Source: Pocillopora damicornis (Eukaryota). Taken from it: a DNA stretch of 64,000 bases. The notes below the pieces were generated by a model that was given only the letters and a program-made list of their open reading frames with translations, was not told the DNA's origin and searched no databases. Both the position numbers and the translations under genes were made by a program. Location: NCBI RefSeq assembly GCF_003704095.1, contig NW_020846501.1:434001-498000 (forward strand). The letters are read 5' to 3'. Of the stretch, positions 1 through 13,100 are shown piece after piece. Within the stretch, counting starts at the first letter, position 1. Each line of letters opens with the position of its first letter.

Positions 1-1000
1 TACCTCTATTTTGGAAACTGAAGGTTCTCAGCTTAGACAGATCTATTTTAACTGATCACATATATTGGCATTTCACTGGCCATTAATTAGTGTACAAAAC
101 TTATTCGTTATGTATCTCTGTCTTCTGCTTGTTAGAACCAATTTTCACTTGCTCCCTACATCAAAATACTTTAAATTTCTGTTGTATTTGTATGAATGAT
201 GTCTACACTAAAAATTTAATTTTGTGCTGTTTTCTCTCTTAGTAAACTTGGGGCTTTTTTTTACCAAACCATTTTTATGGGGACTCCAAAATGCAAACGA
301 GTCACTCTCTCATTCACTAAGGTGTAGACACTGTTGACTGACACTGTGCTAATTTCTTGTCCGGAACTTGCCTGAGTGTATGACATCACAATGGAATTAT
401 CTTACATATGGGCTTCACTTTTTTAGCAGACAAAAATAATTATGTGCTTTTCTGAGTACTTGTGGAAATCACTGCCACATATCTTTAATTTCAATCGGTG
501 AAAAAATCTTGCAGGCACATAAAATGCATTCTGAGATATATAGTTTCCAAGGCAAAGAGATTAATAGGTTACAATGCAACTATGAGAGACTGTGAGGCAA
601 AACATGACGTAGGAATGGAAATTAAGGTCATTTGGCTTGTGCAGGCAAGAAAGATTTGGATTGCAGCATCTAAATTTGATATGTTTTTGCAAACGCAATT
701 CAATAAACACAGGATATTATTTTGTAGACCGCCTGAGGTATGCATTTATTATTCTGCAGAGTTAGATGGTCACCATCATTCTGGATATCTTGTGACTTTC
801 TGTAAGCAAAGTCAGAAAGTGATACAGAAAAAAGTTCGAGACTCTTTGGAGTACAAGTAGCAAGTTTTGCTGCAAGACTGCTAATTGCAAGTTTGCAGAT
901 GTGTTCCATTTCTAGATTACTTTATCCACAAGTTGGCCATAGGTATTCTTTGATTGTAATTCCTTGTCAAACTGATTTTTGCTTTGATATGTTCATTCAG

Positions 1001-1123
1001 GTGACAAACTGGGTCCTTGGGTCAGGAGAGTCATATTTAGCCAATTCCAATGATATTGGAGACTCTGTTATCTCTTGCGAGATCCTTAGGAAAGAGCATG
1101 AGGAATTTGAGTTGTCTGCCAGG
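1001..1123 (+). CDS. Spectrin-repeat exon, module 1, 123 nt
   Basis: ttcag|GTGACA...AGG|gtaag; VTNWVLGSGESYL...HEEFELSAR. Confidence 0.85.
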
Positions 1124-4100
1124 GTAAGAGAGATAATTTTAATGTAACTTTCATCAATTTATCTTTTATCAAATCAAACCCACTTCAACCTAGCAATAAA
1201 ATAGATATTTCCATTAGTATCACATATTATATTTCCCCTACTTTTTCCTTCCATCTCTAAATTTAATGAGTTGGTAATTAGCATGGATAAGAAGAGGCTG
1301 ACTAATTATATAATAGATGTTTTTATTTTCTTAATAAGTATTAATCATTGACGTATTTATTTGGGTGGCTGACCCTCTCTCATAAGAACTGTGGATGCTG
1401 GAAGGGCGCCTGTCTTACTTGCTTGAGGGAGTGGGTCGTTAGTGGAAATCTCAAACCTCGGTCTTGACGTGTTGATCGAGCGATATCGAGGTCAATACGG
1501 CAAGGCTAAGATTTGAGAATTTCCCGCAATGACTAAGTCATTTACTGGAAATTATTATCCTTCAGTTTTTGATGCTCAAGGTTACCAGCAGAGAGCAAAA
1601 AACTCTCACCTTCCCATATTTACGGGCTAAAAATTACTTTCTTACCATGTCACGGACGGTTTTTCTCGACAAATCCTCGCGATCTTTTTCTTCGCAGATA
1701 AGAGCTTGTTTGTCTTCTTAATCTTTATTGATTCCTCCACTCCGCTTTTTTTGGTCACATTGTTCTCTGGAAACTTAATCTAAAACTTTAATGGAACTCA
1801 TACCCTCGTAGTGTCAGTCAGCCTTGATCGTTTTTATCTGCACGTATTTTCGGATAAAGGAAAAAAAAGGGCGCGGTTCTTGAATGACCTCAGTTATTCT
1901 TTATCGGCCGGTGGGTAGTCTGAGCTCTCAACCAATCAGAGGACGCGTCATTAAGTCGAAGCCCATATCATAAACAGTCGGCTTCGTTATTGTGGACACC
2001 CTCGGGAGGGGGGGGGGGGTAATAACGGGTACGAAAGAAAAAAAAATTATCTTTAAATATATGAAATAATATGTAACTACGTAAACGTTAAGTTTCGAAC
2101 GTGGCATCATGAACCAGGAAAAGATCCGGCCGCAAGCAGGAAATTCTCATGTTCGTGCCCAATTGAAAAATGGTTTCTTTATTTTCCTTTACCGTAATGT
2201 CGCTCTATATTACGCGAGTCAGGATTTTGGACAAAGTACTTAAGTGTCCACTATAACGAGAGAAAACACAAGTGAATGTCGTGCTGGGGTGGGGCATGAA
2301 AGTGTCCGCATTTCCGTAATAACGGCAGTTTGTTTCAGTCGTTAATTTATGCGTTTTGCCGGGGGTCTGACTTTTGTCCGCAATGCGGGGTGTCTGTAAT
2401 AGCGAGGTGTCTGCAGGAGCCAACTTTAGTAATCATAAATAATCATCAACTCTGTGGAATATTCTCTCTCATAGGAAGTGATAAACCACTTTGCTCAGGT
2501 GCGTGAACTTGCCAAGAAAATGCTCCAGGAAAATCACTATGCCTCCAGAGATATTAAAAGTCGCAAGGAATTCCTGGACAGAGGTTGTCGAAACTTTGCC
2601 CTGCGGATGAACAGGAGAAGAGACATCATACTGACATCACTTAAATTTCACAAGAGTGCAGGGGAGGTAAAGGGAGAGTTAAAAGCTTATATTTGTTTTA
2701 ATGGCAGATGATTTTCAAATCACCAATCATTGGAGTCTGGAGCTGCAATTCCTTTATATGATGTGATGAACTTTTTACTTGCTACTCAGTGACCTTTCTT
2801 CTTCGCTCAAAAAGTCAGCTTTGAAACTCTTAATAGTGGCTAATTTACGTTATCAACTCAGTTGATAAAACCAAATTACCTTGCTATAATCTCCCAACCA
2901 AACACCACAGTTCATTTATAAACTTAACCCCCTCTTTAATTTTTGAAACCTGCTTGTTAGTAACCATCGCAAAATGGAATAATAAACTTTCTGAATTTGC
3001 AACCAAGAAATTATTAATTTGTCATCTGTCCAGTTGATTGGCACATGTCTGTTTAGAACGCTCCACCTCCTAGTCTAACTTAATTTTGATTGGCCAGGTT
3101 CAGGGAAAAAAAACCAACAGGGGAACTGAGTGAGAAACTGGTCCAATTTAATCTTACGCTTCTTTAGAAGCCCAGCTGAGGTCATTTTCTGATCTTTATT
3201 TCAGTGCTCAGTTAATTTGGATGACTTATTTGAACTGCTGTGTTCTGATTCTGTTCTCATGTACGACTATGAGACTGCAGAGAGCATGCTCAGAACATTG
3301 GAAGAGAAGGCTGAGGGTGAGTGAAGTGTTTATGTCATTATAAATATTTCCCTAACGGGGTTCCTTCCTTTGGCCTTGTATTCCGTTGTATCACATGGTG
3401 TAATATTTTCCTTTTACACTCAGCGGTTGCCATTTCGTCTGAAGACACCTTGCGAGATGCATTGGCCGTGCAGGAACTGATGACAAGTCCAATGTCCAAT
3501 ATGCGGGGTGATGACGTCACTCAGGATTATGGGAAGGGTATTGCGCATGTGCGGCTTACTTTAGACGAACTAAGAGAGCGGAAACTACGCACGGATGAGT
3601 TGTGTGATGTGCGCAGAATCAAACTGCAGCAACTGTTGCAGCTCAAACAGAGCGAACGAGACGCTGAGCAGGTAAAGCAAAAGTCGACGAATGATACAGA
3701 AATAGCTTAGAAAATGTACGAATTGATTTTTATCGTCCCTATGGGCCTTACTATCCACTATCACAAATAAAGAAAGCGCGTCTTTCAAAGCGCTGTTCTG
3801 ATGAAGAGTAAAAATTTATGAAAGTCAGAGTGAAAGTATTGTTCATCAAATCACACGGCATACGGATATTTGAAATGGAAAAGAAACGTTTCTTACTAGT
3901 AAAGATAATCTGTTCTTTATCCACTTCCGAATTTCAGATTTTTCCTGTGAAAGCGAGAAGTAACGGAAGGTTTCAAAGACATTGAGAAAAAGGAATAAAT
4001 GCTTTTTTACTGAGGAGATTTCTTACATTTTTCATAATCAGGGATAATAGGACTACGTTTTCCTTCGGGGGTGGGGTTCGTTATCTGATAAGCATGAAGA

Positions 4101-7100
4101 ACAACTTATGTCTGAATTTGAATTAATCAGGCGACTGTGTGGATAAGTCAACTGCGTGACGCTACAGAACATAACTTGGGAGATGTGGGAAGAAACTCAG
4201 AGGATATCGAGGCTTTGCAACAGGAACACGAGAAACTTGAGACTACAGCTAAAGTAAGATGCCGCTTAAGATGAGTATCGTTGTAGTCCTTGAACGAGAC
4301 AGATATGAACGTACATCTCAAATAGGTTCTGCGGGTGGAAGCTTAAAGCATTGTTAAAACTTATTTGGGATTGACGTGTTTATGAAACATGGATTTTGTC
4401 AGACGATGACACAGTAAGTCACGTAAGTCAGTGAGTCACGTCTTCGTGAATGATAGTTGCGGTGAGCAGTCACTATCAAGATGTGAAGGGAACATCTTAA
4501 AGATTCTGAACAACAATTTCATCCGAACGAGAATATTAAGAGGATGATTTTGATCTTTTGCAGAGTACTTATGATTATGGTCGACAATTTCTCCAGGCCT
4601 CATTAGTTCTTCGCCGCACTTGTCGCTATGAATTGACTCCAAACTACCAAATGGAGGAAAGGTTAAACAGCGCTTGGAGTGAATTTTCATCGGCCATGGC
4701 TGAGCGAGGAGCAAGACTGTCTGTGGCGCTCATGTTTCATCGGAGCGCGGAGAAGGTAAAATAGCAGCAACTGACCATAGTCTTTAAGGAAGTAGTGCAA
4801 GTTTAATGCCGGGTTTAATTGCTGAATAGCAAATACATTCGACTTCTGTTGAAGCTTTAAGACCTAGCTGTTGTACCCGTTTCTCTCGACGTAAGGTACT
4901 GGCTGATAAGAATTGTGAGGAGTTACCGACACGTTAGCCAACTTTACCGTGAGAGGCCGAGGTTATATCTACAGTTCAACTTTTTTTATAATCATATACA
5001 GAATACCCTTTGGCCTCTACTTTGACAAACTTCAGAAACAATTTTTTACCTCACGTAGCTTGTCCAAGAAATTGAGGAGCACAGAGAGAGATACATGCGA
5101 GAGGACCTCCTAGAAGACCTCACAGCTGAATTAATCGAGGAAGAAATTCGCCGACACTCTGGCACAAGACAGGCCATCGACAAAGAATACGCTGATACGG
5201 TTGCCATGGGGCAAGCCTTGGTTGACAGAATGCAGTTACCTCCCCTGTTTGGGGAGAACGGTGCACCAAATCGGCCTCCTCATCTCATCGAGGAATCTCT
5301 GGCCGACTTAGAGGAGAGAAAAATGGCCTGGGAAAGAGTTTGGCTAGACAGGGACGAGCGCCTACGGCATTGGTTGAAACTCGGAGACTATGAGCAACAG
5401 ATGCGAGAGGTGAACCATGTGTGAATATAATAGTCTTAAACAGAAGGTTTGATCTGCAGTTCTAATTACTCTACTCCTTGTAATCTTAGTGATGCACTTT
5501 TAACAACTTGGTGACGCAGTAGCACTTTGAAAAGAACGTCTGTGTGGTTAGTCGTTTGCGACCAAAGTATAGCCTATGGGGTTAACTTCTCGCCTATCGT
5601 TTATCAGTTTTTGAAGGTGATAAAATCTCTCTTCTTTGTTACTTTAAAGCTTCTTCATTGGGTTAAAGATAGAACTAGCGAAACAGAAGAGAAAAAACAC
5701 GTGATTGGTGAAAACCTGACAGAGGCTGAAGCGCTTAGTGCAGACCTACAGGAACTGGAAGCAAGACTCAAGGTTTGTATCACATGATGCGTTTGTGTAG
5801 TGCGGATTGGTCGACATAATATATTCATGCTGTTTAATAGCGTTATGAAGGGAAGCAGCTTTTTTATTAAGGGAGAACAATTGTATGAAAGATGTGATTT
5901 AGAACATATCTGCCTTTGAATTTTCCGTTGTCTCGAAACGTCACAAAACATGCGAGATTCGAAAAACATTTAAGGTTAACCTCTTTAGAAAACACGTACT
6001 GAAGTCGAGACTGAATGGCTCTTGGAGGATGTATGTATCCGTGATGAAGTGTATGTCTATTCCAGTTAAAGAAACGTAAATAAAGAATCGATGTGTGGTT
6101 TTGTGTTATGGCCTAACGCGAAACAAAGCCCATTGGTCGTAACTTTTACCCGGACAACCGAATGCCAGTGGACTTTTTTTTTTTCTACGAATAAAGAAGG
6201 AATTAGTTCGGGGAAATAGACGTGGGAGAGTTCATTAGGCATCAGGTTCATGTTTGGTTCTGTGATTGTCTTTTAATGGCTAGATGCATGGCAGCTCGAA
6301 AATCTTCACAGAATTTCCGTTGAAAGGTTCTTTCAAACTCGTTGAGATTATGAGCAGTTTGTTCAGAAGTGCAAAGCTATTCCAAAACTTATGTTTGTTT
6401 TCTATTTAAGGATACATCTGAACTTAGGCTTATTTAAAAAAAAACAACAACAACAAAGTTGGGCTGGGAAGTGCTCTTGTTTGTCCAGAGCCTGCCCGGC
6501 GTTTTTTTTTAAACTTATCTGCGGAGCCACATTTGCATCTATCAAGGCTATTAGTTTTCAGCACCTGTGTAAAATGAGGACATGATGACTAAGAGCATTG
6601 CTTCCGACAAAGGTGACATTTCAACATAGACTTAAAAAATATGACTAGTATCGATAAGATTTTCGGAGTAACTTAGAGGGGAATGGTTTCACCACCGGCG
6701 GCAACGCTTCTGGTTTTTCGTGGGCTCGTCACTATAAACTTTCTTGTGTACACCAGAATACTGGGAGTAACCCCCATATTTGAAAATTTCCATACATACC
6801 ATACACTTCCAAGTGCACGGTCGAAGTTGCAAGGGAATGAGAAGAATGAGCTTGATATAAACAGTTTGTAAAGATGACGAATTTTAGAGCACAGATCCTT
6901 TGAATGTGAGAGCCGGAAGGTCATCCAAATTTCCGAGAAGTTAATGCTGTCTTTCCAGGAAAAACCTTCATCCCGCATAATAAGTTGTCAGAATTTGAAA
7001 CGCTACATTTTATGGAATTTGTATAGACTCGAACCGTTTTGTAATAAAAATTATCTTAAGTTATTAAGGGAGAATATTCACCATGTGATAAATTGTCTCC

Positions 7101-10100
7101 GTCACGCCATGATATCAAAGTGCGCCAGCTGCGTTTTCTTTCTTTCAGTGCAAATAGAAAAGTATATTAATTGACCTTTGTAAACACGAAGTTTACATAC
7201 AGTTATACTCGACGACGTGACATAGCTTGGACTACAAATCGTCTTTGCTCGTTCCTCGCTTTTCTGTTATGTTTTTATTTACCAGACATGTAATGTGACG
7301 CCTTTCGTTTTGACCGCAGCCAAGCGAGTTCTGATCAAATGCGCGTAAACATTAGCCTCAAGTATGAAAAGTATTTGTTCACTGGGGCGTGGAGAGCGCG
7401 ATGGAATGTGGCTGGTTTTAAGTGGGTTGGCATGTTTCGGCATTTTAAGTTTGCATAAGTAATCAGCCTTAACTGTCGACCTGAGCTTTTGGCTGAATAT
7501 TGCTGCATCAATTTAACTCACCATTGTTGGATTCTGAGTATCGAAATCCTGAGAGGAGGTAAGTTAATGAAAGCACTTTTAATAGTTATTTTCGTGGAAG
7601 CCATTCTCATCCTGGATAATGCCAAGGGAGAAGCCATTTTAGTGTCACGATTGCTCGTCCTGACTCACCTAAAGTGAAAAGTAACACATCCTTAAAGCTT
7701 CTGTTCATTCGATCAGGTGTTCTATCGCACTTAGTTTGGCGTTCGATCATTATTTTCTTTCCTTTTCGTGCTTTAAAGAGCTGGGAGCCTTAATAACTAT
7801 CATGCGTTTGAAAGATGGTGCGAATCCATGCTGGCAAAAGAGCAGTGAATCATTGTTATCGTGTATAAATACTAATTGTCAATTTGTATACAACCACAGA
7901 AACATTCAGGTCGATCACAATATCACAGAGTCCTGAGTTTATGTACTTGCCTGGCTTGGAAGATTCTTGTTTAGCGAGAACATTACTAAGATTTTTGGTT
8001 TGATCGAGGCTATGTCTGTGTAGGAATTACAGGTCACTGTTTACAAAATACACGGATTCTAAGAAGAAAAAGTATTTAAGGATTTCAGTCACAGATGCTA
8101 AACACGAAGGGCAGATTTCATCTTAAACTAAGTGAATTGTATATCTGGCTGTAGATCGATATGACGATAATCGATGAAATGGACGTTTCGTGTTAATTAT
8201 AACGCCAGAGGCAATGACGATAATGTAATTTCCTATGAACATGGTTGCGGGATGTGAAACCTTTCTAATTAACTCTTGAGATCGATCGAGCAAAACGAAA
8301 GGATTGTTTGTTAGATGTTAATGAACTCAAGGAGATGGAATTTAAGAGGCGAATCCATGTTAACTAATCACGATTTGGCGTTGAAGACTTGTTTTTTTCT
8401 TTGCGATAAAAAAATCATCTACGGGAAACATTCCTGAACAATTCAATTTCTTCATGATGCATGACATGACCGTCTGTTTGGTTCTTTTAGATTGTTTTGA
8501 TGAGATTAACCAAACCTCTTATGTCCTTACGTCAGTGTTTGTGCAAAAGTATCCCTCAGCATGTGCTAGATAGCTGAATTTTTTCTTCAAAGGATTTGAA
8601 GACTTTAGTTTGTGTGGCCCTCAATTCGTGTATAAATTTTGTATCGGATGTTTTGTATTTCGTGAAAGGGGCATACTGATTATAACCAAAACATTCTTAC
8701 CATATGCCTGAAATCTCTTCAAGAAATTTAGGGAACAATTCTGTTGTGGTAAACAAGGTCAAAAGGTTAAATAAAATATCACTGATTGTCTACAATACCC
8801 AATAAGCTTGAATTTGTATGAGGTATTTGTAACTGAAGAGGCTCTGGAGAGATTATGTTAAGGACTTTTACAATTAACCCCAAGATATGTTATGAATATT
8901 AAGTTACTTTGTCTTACCACGTGAAATACACCCTGCCCATTTTAGGGTTATTTGCAGCTTAGATGAAGGGCACCGTATCAATTTATTGGAAACTTCATAA
9001 ATAAATCAGTTATGAAAGCATATCCAGTTCAGATCACATCACTGTCTAAGTAGCACTTGAAATGCTTTTCTTTTTATTACCTTCAGATGTTTTTTGTTGG
9101 CCTCAATCACTGTATTGGTTACCTATTTTATCATCAATTTTTATGTATACCTCCTTTATACCATTAGTTTAGATATTAATTATGATTTGTGTATGGTATT
9201 TTCCTAAAATGTTTATTTTCAGGAGAAAGAGAGAGAAGTTTCTGAGCTCATTCAGATCATCAAGTCACTACATGTAGCCTCAACAGAAGATCAAGCTTCC
9301 AGACCCTATGGAAGGATGGCAGATTCTTTAGAAGAGGCCTGGAATGACCTCAATGTTCAATTAGAGGGAAGGAGAATACTTCTTGACACATCAGTGGCTT
9401 TTCATCACAGTGTAGAGAAGGTATGATGTAAATAGATGTGGATGACCTCCAATACAGCTGTATTGAGTTTGGGTGTGTGAATTAACTTGTCATGATTCTG
9501 AAACCTTCATTGATACTTGTCATATGTTACTCTTACTGTGTTAATATTTCCACAGGAGTTGAAGTTTTTTATTTTTTTCATAAATATTTGGTTTATGATC
9601 TTACAACACTGAACTCCATGTTGTCGCAATTTAGTAATACTGCTCTGCAAAGAGATACTCCTTTCACATTAACTGAAAAAACCTTCAGTTCATATCACAT
9701 TTGACTTTTTCCATCAACAAAGCAATAGGAAAAATTGTTATATTTTGGATTCCTCTATATTAGTAGGTAAAAAGCCTTAGAAAGGCCATCATTTTAGTTT
9801 TAACTCCCTCTTTTCACCCCTGACTTATATTCTGTATTTTGAGTGACATACTGCAAATGGAGGGGGGTGAAAGGTCACCGGTCATATGAAGTGGTAAATC
9901 TTTTGTAACTCTTACTGGAGAAGGCTTGTGTGCTCCAAAAGAGCATGTGCATCTGCCCTGAACTCTGCTGAGTGTTATTAGGAATTTTTGTAACTGTCAA
10001 GGTTGTTTGTAAGTTGACCTTCACTGTTTCATTAATTGCTTTTAGAATCATATTTGGCTGATTAGGATATCGGTAATTTAATGGAAAAGATCAAATTAAA

Positions 10101-13100
10101 TATTTTCATTTTTAATGACATTAATGGCAGGCTTTGTGCAGAATACTGAGTACTATGAGAAGTTAGTTGAACTCAGCTGACAATTATTCCAATTTTTTTC
10201 TTATGGCAAAAAGCATTTAATATGCTCAATTTTCCTAAGTTTATTGATTCACAATTTACCCTCTTATTTTTCAAAATTATTCTTATGAAAAGAAATGGTT
10301 TGAGTTACTTAATTATTAGCAGAATTTTAATTGCTTGTGAGTCTTATGTGTATATGTACTTACCTCTGACAGCTTTTTTAAGCTTCCAATACATATAAGG
10401 TATATATTATGGTTCATATTGTATTTGTCTGATAAAACTTACATTGCATATAGAATGCAACATTTACTTGATAAAAAAAATTTAAAAGGGTGACCCTGTA
10501 AGAAGAAATCTTGCATTGAAAAATCTGTGGAATGCAAGGTAACTGGTATTTAATGTTAAGATTTTTGACGATGATACCTTTTATGGGATGAAATCACCGC
10601 TTTTAAACTTGCATGGTTAAGGGTTTTGATCTAGTCGTTCCATCTGTCTGTCCATTTTACAATATAGTCCTTTGCACTTTTCTTGTTATGGTGCCACAGA
10701 ATGTGAGTAATCAATCTTTACAGATGATTTTTGGTGTAATACCAAATCTTGTCATATTCCATGTCCTTCTGTTTTACAGATATTAAAAGCTGATCCTTCA
10801 CAGCCTTTGTATGTGTAGCTAATTGGAATTTATCCAAGCATCTATGATATCTGATTTGGGAAGTTATTAATTTAGGAATGTACATGTATGTTTAGGTTTT
10901 ATAGAATTTAGTTGGTAAGAATTTTAAACTGCTATTGAATACATGTAGCTTCAGTAGCTGTAGATAAACTGAGCATCTGTGTGGATGCCTTTTATCTCAG
11001 GGAGTAATCTGGATGTCTCGATAATGAAAACATGTTATCTACATTTCATTAGTGATAGCCATAAGGGGATATTCTAGGTTTATATGATCCCCTGCAATCT
11101 GACTTGTTAAAGTTTTGTTGATAATGGCCAGTTGAGCATGATGTTAACTTGTCTCTATGTTTTAAAAGCTGTGATGTAACCAAAGCTAGCTTAATGAAGT
11201 TAATAGTTATGAGAGAAATGTTATAACCAGTCAACATTTTGATGGATTGCATTAATCAATTTTTCTTCATTGACAATGTTCAAAATTAAGAGGAATTTAA
11301 TAGCATTATACTGAGCTAAAAATATCCTCAGGTTTGATTAATTGAGATATAAATGTTTCTAATTGGAAAATCTTCAAGGGAGAAATTAATGAACAAAACA
11401 TCCTGTCTGAACTGAGAGACAAAGGGTTTTATCTTGAATAGAAAATAGTGCTGGTCACCATCTAAATTGATATTTTCCTACTCTTGAGATATCACTTAGT
11501 TATTGGCAGTTTCTTTGCTGCATTTACAGTTTGATTCTTTGGAGGCTTTCAGTTTCTTCCTTTTCTTAATGATTTCATAAGTGTAAGGTAGCATTATGGA
11601 TTTGTCATCTCATACTTACTTTGGATGAGACATCTTCCTTAGCATCTGAGATAGGATGAAGCTTAAGCTGGCCACAAGGGGCTGTGATTGGCTAGTAAAG
11701 GCACACCCTTACATAATCTTGAACATCTCCCTAGATCTGTCCATGAAGTGCACAAACATTTTGTTTTTTAGAATCAACCTCCTAAACTTGAATTTGATAG
11801 ATTTGCTTTCCTTATCATTGCTCAAATCAGTTAGATCTAGTATTAGTGTGACCATCATTTTATATAATTCCTTAGTAAATAAAATGTGGAAGGTTTGTAC
11901 AGTTTAATGACTTTTTCATTAACCATTATTTTACTATGACCTCAGTACTGTGCAGTTTATAATGTTTTTTGTTGTTGTTTTTAATTGACAGTTTTCTGAC
12001 AAAATCAATGCCTCAGAAGATGAGATCAGCCGAGTCCTTTTAGTGGAAGATGTGACATCATCATCATCATTACTTCATCAACATCAAGAACTAAGAAAAA
12101 GTGTATTGGAATTATCCATGCAGACTTTATCCAAAGGACAAGCTCTCTTGGACAAATTACGAGAGGCCAGTTCACATGCTGACATTAACAATCGTCATGC
12201 CACAAAAGCAGCATGTTACAGTGTGGAGCGTATTCTAGAAGCACTACAGCACAAGCGACAGCAGCTTGATGAACAGTGGAAAGAGAGAAAAAAAGTTTTG
12301 GAGCAGTGTATGAAAAGATGCAAGATTGATGAAGAAATAAGAAAGGTATCAGAAGGGTGTGGACCATTATAAAAGTGACTGATCCAAAATTGTTGAGATA
12401 TTAAATTGTTCCTAATTCTAGTTTATTGACATTGAAGCTGAATGGTTTGTGGTTTGGACCCTTGATCCTGAGTCTCTGGATCATTTTCTCACTGGGTCAT
12501 TTGTGTTGCTGAACATGACACCTTTTTAATACTGATATGCTTATATTAGGTAAAGTAACATATAACTCTAACAGCATTTTTAAACATGGCAAAAGAAGGT
12601 GATATTTGTGATCATTAAGTGTAACTTTTGTTACAACTCAATCTAACAGATCACAAAATGGCTTAATGAAGAAGGAGAGGATTATATCAGCTATCAAGAT
12701 TATGGAGACTCATCACCTTCAACTCAAGTTCTTCTTGATGAACACTATAAATTTGAGGAAGTGGCAAAGGTACATTTGAGAATTGTTGTTGATTCCTTGG
12801 CAAACTTGTCCTTGGCTTTTCATAACTAGTGAGTGCAGGAATTGAGTGCTTATTCCAGGGTGCTGCCTGTTGGTCACAACTTGCTGGCCTCACTATACAC
12901 TTGATTCTTATATATACTATTTGATCAGTTCTTGGAGTTATTGCTTGTTTAAGTGAAGGGTTAGTGAGTTATAATTTCAAAGAATTGACAATCAGATAAT
13001 GTGTTGTTACATGCTAAAGATGAGCAGTTGAGCATCTGATGACAACTTTATAAGATTTTGTAAATAATAGAATTGAAAAAAAATGTGATGGAAAAGTTTC

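Noticed and set aside
498-909. 120-aa and 69-aa ORFs at the window start
   Set aside because: No recognisable motif, AT-rich intron-like composition, and no convincing splice fit.
3795-3830. CTGATGA...GAAAGTC hammerhead-like string
   Set aside because: Stem II is poor and stems I and III do not form, so it is at best a decayed relic.
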